A stretch of 43,220 bases of DNA, taken from the NCBI GenBank assembly GCA_964626625.1, contig CAZVFV010000001.1, positions 1-43,220 of the forward strand, written 5' to 3'. Under the pieces are notes generated by a model that worked only from the letters and a program-made list of their open reading frames with translations, made no database searches and was not told the DNA's origin. Below are positions 25,497 to 32,288 of the stretch, piece by piece (within the stretch, counting starts at the first letter, position 1; each line of letters begins with the position of its first letter). Both the position numbers and the translations under genes were made by a program. This DNA is from an uncultured Candidatus Saccharibacteria bacterium. Its GTDB lineage: Bacteria; Patescibacteriota; Minisyncoccia; Phycocordibacterales; CAYZPE01.

Positions 25497-27737
25497 TACC
25501 GCCTCTTCAAACTGAATTGAAAGGAGTTTTGAAATTCCACCAGAACCCATAGTGATTCCATAAATAACACCCGCTCGAGACATTGTTTCTCTATTATGAG
25601 TAATCAAAATAAGCTGAGAGTGTTTTGAAAGACTTGCTACCATATCTCCGTATTTTTTAGAATTTGCTTCATCGAGCGCCGCATCTGTTTCATCAAGAAT
25701 AATAAATGGTGGTGGATTAACCTGTGACACAGCAAAAAGAAGTGCTATCGAGGTAAGTGCTCGCTCCCCACCAGAGAGCATCATGAGGCCTTTTGTTTTC
25801 TTGCGAGGAAGTGACACATCAATATCAATTCCCTCTTCTGTTTCTTCTTCATCGAGAGTACCTTCACCTGTCTCATCTCCTATATCTTCAATTACTGACC
25901 GTCTGCGCTTTTTTTGTTTTATAACCGAAAGCTTTGCATTTCCTCCACCAAACATAAGAGCGAAGAAGTCTTGAAATTGTGAGTTTATTTTCTCAACACC
26001 TTCTTTAAATTGTATTTCAAGTTTTTCTTGAAGCTCAAGAATAATTGTTTTAAGAGAAGCTGAAGACACCTCCAGATCTCCAAGCTCTTTCTCAAGAAAA
26101 GCATCGCGATCTGTGACTTCAGTAAATTCTTTCATTATTTCCTCCGACGATCCGCCACCCGCTTCTTCAAGTCTTATTTTTGTTTTTTCTACCTGACGCT
26201 TTCTTTCCTCCTGTACGTGGCGAACTTCTTTTAAAATCTCTTCTCGAGAAATTTGAAATTCTTTATATTGCAAAACAGAGTGCCCAATAAGAGCTCCTCC
26301 CTCAGCAAGTTCACGTTTAAATTCATCATCAATAAGTTTAATTTGTGCTTGAGCAACAGAAAGTTCCCTCAAGAGAGCGTGAACAGTATTTTGTTCTGCC
26401 ATAATTCTAAACACTGCCTTTTCTGCATCTCTATTTGAATCCTTTTCTCTTTCAATTTCTTTTTGAAGACGGACATGTCTGTCTGAAGCATCTTTTTCTT
26501 TATGCGAAACCTCCTTTATTTTTTCTTCAAGATCAGTTTTGTGTTTCTTTATCTCTCCTATTTCTTGCTCGTATTCTTTGACCACATCATTCGTTTCAGT
26601 TTTTTTATTCTTAGAAACAAAGGACTTAAGTGTCTCGCGAATACCAAGAAGAACTTTTTTTACATATTCAATATCTCCCGACTTCTCTACTTCAATCAAA
26701 CGGTCTTCAAGATCAGAAATAAAAATCTCAACTTCTTTAAAAGAAACATTTGCCTCAGTTGCATCGGGGGTAGAAACAATTTTTTTAAGCATACGCTCTT
26801 GCGAAGCAATCTCACCTTCAAGACGCCCCATATCTCGAGACATGTTTTCTTTTTCAATACGTAGTAACCGAAGCTCTTGCTCAAGAGAAATGAGCTCTTC
26901 ACTTTTTTTATCTTTTTCAGCACCAGCAAGTAGGGTGTTTTTTGCCTCAGCCAACTCTTTTTCTAACTCCACAGATTTTTCCTGTGGTTCTTTAATGTCT
27001 CGTTCAACACGAGTTTTTTCTGCTTCTATATACTCAGATTCGCGTTTTAAATATTCTTTATAAAGCTTCTCTAATTCCTCTCGTAGACTACGAGCTTTTT
27101 CAACTTTCTCTACCTGCTTTTTTAAAAACTTAATATGGGGTGCAATTTCTTTTCGAAGTGAAATAACCTGCTTAATATTTTCGTCTGTCTTTAAAAGCTT
27201 TCTTTCACTCTCTTCTCTTTTGTATTGATAAATTTTAAGACCGAGCGCATCCTCAATCATTACTCTTCTCTCTTTTATATTTGCATTCAAAATCCTATCT
27301 GCTTCTCCTTGAGAAATAATATGATGTCCTGATGGACCAATATGTGCTCCAGCCAAAAGCTCCAAGATATCCTTGAGTCGAACCTTACTTCCATTGATGA
27401 AATACTCATTTATTCCATCACGATACACAGACCGTTCAATACTTACTTCATCAAAATCAACATTGAGAAATCGTTTAGTGTTGTCGAAAATAATCTTGGC
27501 ACCTGCTCTGTTTCCTCGAGGAGCTTCTGCTGTGCCATTGAAAATAAGATCTTCACCTTTTTTACCACGAAGTGATTTCAGAGACTGTTCACCAAGTACA
27601 AACCTAAATGATTCAGCAATGTTTGATTTACCAGAACCATTAGGACCGACAATCGATGTGATTGCAGATGTAAATTGCAAAACACTCTTTTTTGCAAAAG
27701 ATTTAAAACCAGTAAGTTCAAGACTCTTGAGGTACAT
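25482..27737 (-). CDS. smc: SMC-family chromosome partition ATPase, unusually short with no recognisable hinge
   Basis: 751 aa. The N-terminal head is FKSFAKK...GPNGSGKSN...GEQSLKSLRG. The C-terminal head is LSGGERALTSIALLFA and FIILDETDAALD. Continuous coiled-coil-like sequence lies between them. Confidence 0.85.
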   Translation of the reverse strand: MYLKSLELTGFKSFAKKSVLQFTSAITSIVGPNGSGKSNIAESFRFVLGEQSLKSLRGKKGEDLIFNGTAEAPRGNRAGAKIIFDNTKRFLNVDFDEVSIERSVYRDGINEYFINGSKVRLKDILELLAGAHIGPSGHHIISQGEADRILNANIKERRVMIEDALGLKIYQYKREESERKLLKTDENIKQVISLRKEIAPHIKFLKKQVEKVEKARSLREELEKLYKEYLKRESEYIEAEKTRVERDIKEPQEKSVELEKELAEAKNTLLAGAEKDKKSEELISLEQELRLLRIEKENMSRDMGRLEGEIASQERMLKKIVSTPDATEANVSFKEVEIFISDLEDRLIEVEKSGDIEYVKKVLLGIRETLKSFVSKNKKTETNDVVKEYEQEIGEIKKHKTDLEEKIKEVSHKEKDASDRHVRLQKEIEREKDSNRDAEKAVFRIMAEQNTVHALLRELSVAQAQIKLIDDEFKRELAEGGALIGHSVLQYKEFQISREEILKEVRHVQEERKRQVEKTKIRLEEAGGGSSEEIMKEFTEVTDRDAFLEKELGDLEVSSASLKTIILELQEKLEIQFKEGVEKINSQFQDFFALMFGGGNAKLSVIKQKKRRRSVIEDIGDETGEGTLDEEETEEGIDIDVSLPRKKTKGLMMLSGGERALTSIALLFAVSQVNPPPFIILDETDAALDEANSKKYGDMVASLSKHSQLILITHNRETMSRAGVIYGITMGSGGISKLLSIQFEEAVAVAK

Positions 27738-27913
27738 GAGAAAGTTTAAAAATTAAAACGCAAAGTTAAAACTGAAAATTACTTATATAGATTATATAAC
27801 ACATAACTTGTAACATGTAGCGTCTAAGCTCAAGATAAAAAATAAAATTAGACCACATTAAAAATCCTTTAAGGAGAGTCCTTAAAGTTAAGGTTTCGTA
27901 ATCTAAAAAATTG

Positions 27914-27942
27914 TTGACATGTTTATTCAGTAATGTTAATTT
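27914..27942 (+). promoter_or_regulatory. Sigma-70-type promoter for the small basic protein gene
   Basis: TTGACA (27914-27919), a 17-nt spacer, then TAATTT (27937-27942). Confidence 0.55.
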
Positions 27943-28007
27943 AGTAAAAGAAAGTCTTGTATGCATGTCGTATACAAGCAAGATCAGAGTTCTTTCAGGA
28001 GAGTCCC

Positions 28008-28199
28008 ATGCTTGAGTTTTCCCGTAATCAGAAAAAGTCGGATGACAAAAAACCCAAACAAAAGGTGAAAGGTCGGGATTCGAAATACGAACAGCAGTTC
28101 GCTCGGACCAAAGCGAACAAGCGCAAAAATGTTTTCGGTTCCAGTCATGGCAAATACGAGACCCCTGAAGGCATGAGGAGCCACCAACCCGGACAGTGA
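28008..28199 (+). CDS. Hypothetical 63-aa highly basic, hydrophilic protein
   Basis: The start is taken at the internal ATG preceded by AGGAGAG (27997-28003). The sequence is MLEFSRNQKKSDDKKPKQKVKGRDSKYEQQFARTKANKRKNVFGSSHGKYETPEGMRSHQPGQ. It is the only plus-strand gene in a minus-strand block and has its own promoter and terminator. Confidence 0.6.
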   Translation: MLEFSRNQKKSDDKKPKQKVKGRDSKYEQQFARTKANKRKNVFGSSHGKYETPEGMRSHQPGQ

Positions 28200-28204
28200 A
28201 AAAC

Positions 28205-28238
28205 AAAAACCCAGCCGTTTACGGCTGGGTTTTTTCTT
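28205..28238 (+). terminator. Intrinsic terminator of the small basic protein gene
   Basis: acccagccg-ttta-cggctgggt, followed by tttttc and starting 6 nt after the stop codon. Confidence 0.85.
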
Positions 28239-28303
28239 GCCCACTTAAGTTTTTATAAACCTGCCTGCCGGTAGGTAGGATAAAAATTTTGGCGGGTTTT
28301 TTT

Positions 28304-28331
28304 ATAAGCTAACAACTAAAAGCTAAAAGCT
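28304..28331 (-). repeat. Phased heptamer array (minus-strand reading: agctttt agctttt agttgtt agcttat)
   Basis: Four in-phase 7-nt units lie immediately 3' of the rnc stop at 28343. Confidence 0.5.
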
Positions 28332-28342
28332 TTTAAAAGACC

Positions 28343-29032
28343 CTACGCCCAGTCTTTATTTTCCAAACCCTTCCTCGCTGCCTCCTGCTCCGCATCCTGT
28401 TTTGATCTTCCTTGACCGACACCGATCTGCTCATTTCCCAAAAACACTCCTACAGAAAATTCCTTATCGTGATCAGGACCAACTTCTTTAAGTGTTTTAT
28501 ACAAAGGAGTAATTCCCGTAATCTCCTGTGCTCTCTCTTGAAACTTACTTTTAGAATCCACCCACAAACCATTTTTTACAATTTCTTCTGTAAGCGGAGT
28601 AATACTCATATCAATAAACTTTTTCGCAGCATCATACCCTTGATCTAAATAAATCGCACCAATCACAGCCTCAAGAGTGTTTGCTAAAATATATTGTCGC
28701 GCACGACCAGTATCTTTTGTTTCACCTCGAGAAAGAAGTAGAAAATCATTAAGATTCAATTTTTCTGCAACTTTAGAACAGGTGTCAGCATTTACTAATG
28801 CAGACCTGTACGAAGTCATGTCGCCTTCTGTTTTATGTGGGTACGCAACATACAGATGATGCGTTATTACAAGCTCAAGAACTGCATCTCCTAGAAATTC
28901 CAATCTCTCATTATGCTCTAGTCCTAAATTTTTGTTTTCATTTATATATGAACGATGAACAAAGGCCTGCTTAAGCAAGTTTTTGTTTGTAAACACAACA
29001 TCAAGTTTCTTTTCTATTTCTTCGAAATTCAT
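28343..29032 (-). CDS. rnc: Ribonuclease III
   Basis: 229 aa with the signature ERLEFLGDAVLELV and a C-terminal dsRBD. Confidence 0.93.
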   Translation of the reverse strand: MNFEEIEKKLDVVFTNKNLLKQAFVHRSYINENKNLGLEHNERLEFLGDAVLELVITHHLYVAYPHKTEGDMTSYRSALVNADTCSKVAEKLNLNDFLLLSRGETKDTGRARQYILANTLEAVIGAIYLDQGYDAAKKFIDMSITPLTEEIVKNGLWVDSKSKFQERAQEITGITPLYKTLKEVGPDHDKEFSVGVFLGNEQIGVGQGRSKQDAEQEAARKGLENKDWA

Positions 29033-29256
29033 ATTCGTATATTGACCAGATAATAATAATGTAGGTAGAAAATCAAGAATTATGAATCAAGAGACTTCAT
29101 TAATAATTCTTAACTCCACAAAACCAACGACCCCGAAAAACTTTTTATATGAGTGCAATTCAAGGCACAAGCGAGTATTACGACTAAGATGTAGCTAAAT
29201 CTACTGCGCGGAAGCAAACGGAGCTTATAACGAAGAAGTGTGCCGGATAAAAAGTT

Positions 29257-30153
29257 TTACGACTTTAGCAGTATATTAATCGCTTTAGTCACAATAGGTA
29301 AGATATCATTATAAAAATTAAGGTCAATGATGTCAGCGAGTTTGAACCAACGCGCATCATCAAGTCCTCCACTTTTACCAAGCTTCAATTCTTGAAAAAC
29401 TGCTTGAGCTAAAAAGTAATTTACACGCTTTCGTATCTTACCTTTTTCAGGATCATGAGCAATATAGGTATTTTCTCCAAGCTTTTCTCGTATTTCAATA
29501 TCAATACCAAGCTCTTCTTTGATTTCTCGAACAGTAGCTTCTTCGATATTTTCCCCTTCTTCTACATGACCTTTTGATAACGTCCAATGACCAAAAATAT
29601 CATGGACCAATGCAAGATATACCTCACCTTTTTCTTTTGCATACACAACAGCACCACCCAAATGCTCAATCGGAGTCTTTTCATCAGGAATATTTGCAAA
29701 CTTCTTTTTCTTTGATTGTTCTTCCTTTCCAGGCTCGCCTATTTCTTTATACACAGCACCAAGAACACCGTTTACAAATTTTCCAGATGTCTCTCCACCG
29801 AACGTTTTTGCAAGTTCAATCGATTCATTAATAGCAACTTTTGGAGGGACCTGTGTCCTATCAGAAAACAGAAGCTCGTAGAGGCCTATACGCAAAATAT
29901 TCCTGTCTACGACAGAAATTTTTTCAATAGGCCAATCTGGTGCAGCCTTTGCAATAACAACATCAAGATCTTTCCTTTTTGAAAGAACGCCTCGGAGGAG
30001 ATCTTCCATAAAAATATCATCACTCGTTCCAGGAGCAAACTCTGTAACATTTCGTTTGAAGACTTCTATAGCTTGAACATCATCCTTGTTAGTAAAATCA
30101 CACTCAAAGAGTGTTTGCATAACAACTGATCTGGAAAGGTGCCTATTAGCCAT
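29257..30153 (-). CDS. nusB: NusB antitermination factor fused to a C-terminal NUDIX hydrolase domain
   Basis: 298 aa. Residues 1 to about 140 are NusB-like (DRNILRIGLYELLF, AINESIELAKTFGGETSGKFVNGVLG). Residues from about 165 carry a NUDIX box, GHVEEGENIEEATVREIKEELGI. Confidence 0.85.
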   Translation of the reverse strand: MANRHLSRSVVMQTLFECDFTNKDDVQAIEVFKRNVTEFAPGTSDDIFMEDLLRGVLSKRKDLDVVIAKAAPDWPIEKISVVDRNILRIGLYELLFSDRTQVPPKVAINESIELAKTFGGETSGKFVNGVLGAVYKEIGEPGKEEQSKKKKFANIPDEKTPIEHLGGAVVYAKEKGEVYLALVHDIFGHWTLSKGHVEEGENIEEATVREIKEELGIDIEIREKLGENTYIAHDPEKGKIRKRVNYFLAQAVFQELKLGKSGGLDDARWFKLADIIDLNFYNDILPIVTKAINILLKS

Positions 30154-30206
30154 AATGGATACTTCAACGAACAGGACAAATGTCCTCTACAAACTATTAA
30201 AAGAGT

Positions 30207-30437
30207 TTACTTAGACTTCACAAGACCTGTCTCTTTTGCTTTCTTTTCCTTCTTTAAGACTTTAGCAGAAGTATCAACTACTTTACGTCCATTATACATA
30301 CCACAATTTGCACACATCGTGTGTCGCAACTTCGCTGTGCCACAATTTGCACATGCAGAAGAACCCTTAGCTTTAAGGGCGTGGTGGGAACGTCGATTTC
30401 CCGTATGTGAACGCGTAGATCTCATTCGTACTACCAT
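30207..30437 (-). CDS. rpmF: 50S ribosomal protein L32 with a Lys-rich C-terminal tail
   Basis: 76 aa with RRSHHALK and the zinc ribbon CANCG...CANCG. Confidence 0.9.
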   Translation of the reverse strand: MVVRMRSTRSHTGNRRSHHALKAKGSSACANCGTAKLRHTMCANCGMYNGRKVVDTSAKVLKKEKKAKETGLVKSK

Positions 30438-30476
30438 GAAGGCTATATTACTTTATTTTATAAAAAAAGGCAATCC

Positions 30477-30582
30477 AGCACTTATTTTTTGAAAAGATTT
30501 GCTAGCAAGTCTGATTTTTCGTGTGGAAATACACCTATCTTAATTATCTATTAAAAAGTTTTAATTTCAAAAAATAAGTGCT
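30477..30582. repeat. 18-bp perfect inverted repeat enclosing two small hairpins, upstream of rpmF
   Basis: agcacttattttttgaaa (30477-30494) pairs with tttcaaaaaataagtgct (30565-30582). The interior holds the hairpins agatttgc-ta-gcaagtct and gtgt-ggaaat-acac. Confidence 0.45.
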
Positions 30583-30584
30583 AG

Positions 30585-30622
30585 ATAAAAAAATAGCCCG
30601 GGCGCGCGTATGCGCCCGAGCT
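30585..30622 (-). terminator. Intrinsic terminator after the stand-alone NUDIX gene
   Basis: In the agcccgggcgc/gcgcccgagct stem, the single non-Watson-Crick position is G-U on the minus strand. It is followed on the minus strand by tattttttta. Confidence 0.7.
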
Positions 30623-30670
30623 TTATCGACATCTCAGATTTCAAAGAGAAAGAGCTGAGAATCAAAGACT

Positions 30671-31165
30671 CTATTTCTTACTTCGTTGTTCTTCAATGAA
30701 CTTCTTGATCTTGGGAAGAAGATCAATAAGAACCTTCCGATGAGGAGGAAACATCTCCTCCAAAAGTTGAGCTGCTGAAACCCACATCGGTGGCCCAAGA
30801 CGTTCAGGCGGACGTCCAGCTTCGATTTCAGTCTTCACCTCCGTTCGAAGCTTACCTGAGTAATCCCCCGGATCGAGAACGAAAAAATGCTGTGTGTGAT
30901 CCGGTCCTTTGGGAATACTGAACATAGGCTCATCTCGACCTTGTTCAACAACAAGATAAGTCTCTTCTTCAAATTCCCGAAGAAGAGTTTGGAGTGGAGT
31001 CTCTGTCAGATTCTTTCGATTCGTTCCTCCGGGAAACTTGATGTGGACACCACCCCTTCCTTCTTCAGAGTACTGAATAACAAGGAAGTGCAAAGTGTTG
31101 TCGGTGATCGGTTGACCATATTCAATCTTCCAACAAACAGCAGCTGCGAAAATACTCTTGGGCAT
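30671..31165 (-). CDS. NUDIX-fold protein with a divergent NUDIX box
   Basis: The start is moved to M17 (MPKSIF), which is preceded by AGAGGAGGG at 6-nt spacing. The NUDIX-like box is GGTNRKNLTETPLQTLLREFEEETYL. The region is visibly GC-richer than its surroundings. Confidence 0.65.
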   Translation of the reverse strand: MPKSIFAAAVCWKIEYGQPITDNTLHFLVIQYSEEGRGGVHIKFPGGTNRKNLTETPLQTLLREFEEETYLVVEQGRDEPMFSIPKGPDHTQHFFVLDPGDYSGKLRTEVKTEIEAGRPPERLGPPMWVSAAQLLEEMFPPHRKVLIDLLPKIKKFIEEQRSKK

Positions 31166-31266
31166 TGTAAGCCCTCCTCTTATTTCAAAGTTTTCCGTTC
31201 TAAAGCCACACACAGTGTATGACCCTGAACTCCGATAACAATATTATCACAGATTTACAAAAAGTC

Positions 31267-31316
31267 AATCCCGTTAGAAGTCACAGTCTCTTACGAAACT
31301 TGCCTCTAACGGGATT
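31267..31316. repeat. Solo hairpin copy of the inverted-repeat family
   Basis: aatcccgttaga (31267-31278) pairs with tctaacgggatt (31305-31316) across a 26-nt loop. It has the same core sequence as the arms at 22075/22187 and 42886/43153. Confidence 0.55.
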
Positions 31317-31323
31317 ATTTTCT

Positions 31324-31557
31324 TCAAACCACTGAGATATCATCAGGAAGCTCGATCTGCACAAATTCTGTAAGTGACACTCTTTCAAACTTAAGACCCA
31401 AACATTCAAAACAGTTCTTTTCTCCAGCTCGGGTGGTGAGATCTTTTCTATACAAAATCCCCTTCCACCAAAACAGACTTCCATCAGGAAGATTCAGAAA
31501 ACAAACTTCAGCCACCTTAACCTTCTGAGGTTTATCGGGAACCATTAAGAAAGGCAT
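31324..31557 (-). CDS. Hypothetical 77-aa protein
   Basis: The ATG is preceded by AAAGGAGG at 4-nt spacing, and a candidate TTGAAT-18-TATAGA promoter lies upstream. It is GC-rich and no family was recognised. The overlapping 31281..31484 ORF is treated as a shadow. Confidence 0.55.
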   Translation of the reverse strand: MPFLMVPDKPQKVKVAEVCFLNLPDGSLFWWKGILYRKDLTTRAGEKNCFECLGLKFERVSLTEFVQIELPDDISVV

Positions 31558-31613
31558 GGTGCCTCCTTTCTAAAAGAGTACTTTCTATATGTAAGAATAC
31601 ACCGATTATTCAA

Positions 31614-32225
31614 TCACTTCAAATTAAAATTTTTCAAAAAAGAAGCCCGATGAAACGGAGATGTGCCGTATTTTTTCAAAGCTTGCCTGTGAATTTTTGT
31701 TCCATAGCCTTTATGAACATCAAACATATATTTTGGAAAAAGTTTTGCCTTACGAACCATGTATTTATCTCTTATAACTTTCGCCATAATTGAGGCACAA
31801 CCAATAACAGGTTCTTTCATATCCCCTTTTATAATTGTTTTTTGAAACATAAACTCACCAGACGCTTTTAAAGATCCATCCAAAAGTATGAGAGTTTTTT
31901 TAGGATTAAGACCTAGTTGACCAAGACACTTCTTAATACCAAGTTTAATTGCATATGAAATCCCTTTTGTATCAATAATAGAATTACTTACGAGAACCAC
32001 TTTATACTGAACCCTTCCTTCTTTATGTATTGTGCGAATTTTTGTAAACCAAAGTTCACGATTCTTTTCACTCAGCTTTTTTGAATCCATTACTTTTATA
32101 AAAAACTTGCGATCAAAATTGACTGGAATACAAAACGCCCCCACAGCAACAGGTCCTGCTAAAGGCCCCCTGCCCGCTTCATCGATACCGACAATATGAG
32201 TTATGTATGGAGGAAATTTTCTCAC
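31614..32225 (-). CDS. rnhB: Ribonuclease HII
   Basis: It has the GIDEAGRGPLAGPV active-site motif. The start is placed at the in-frame GTG (32225), because the track ATG at 32309 would overlap the divergent dnaE start by 21 nt. The start call is uncertain. Confidence 0.85.
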   Translation of the reverse strand: MRKFPPYITHIVGIDEAGRGPLAGPVAVGAFCIPVNFDRKFFIKVMDSKKLSEKNRELWFTKIRTIHKEGRVQYKVVLVSNSIIDTKGISYAIKLGIKKCLGQLGLNPKKTLILLDGSLKASGEFMFQKTIIKGDMKEPVIGCASIMAKVIRDKYMVRKAKLFPKYMFDVHKGYGTKIHRQALKKYGTSPFHRASFLKNFNLK

Positions 32226-32288
32226 GTAGATATTATAGCTTATAGGAAAATATTGGGATCTTAACTTAAAATCAAGTAAACTTATCTG

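Noticed and set aside
27766-28244. The minus-strand ORFs 27766..28206 (146 aa) and 27984..28244 (86 aa) overlap the small plus-strand gene.
   Set aside because: They run antisense through a promoter, an SD and an intrinsic terminator that are all coherent on the plus strand. Their products are Cys/Phe-rich with no motifs. They are treated as shadow ORFs.
29126-29259. A GC-richer patch in the nusB-rnc spacer (ggcaca...tgtgcc stem, ...gcgcggaagcaaacgg...) looked like a possible SRP (4.5S) RNA because of the GGAAGCA and gatgtagct strings.
   Set aside because: I could not fold a domain IV helix. No GNAR tetraloop is closed by the expected pairs, there is no AGGUC 5' strand, and the two arms differ by about 13 nt. 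It may still be a structured 3' UTR or terminator region, but the SRP RNA call is unsupported without an Infernal scan (RF00169).
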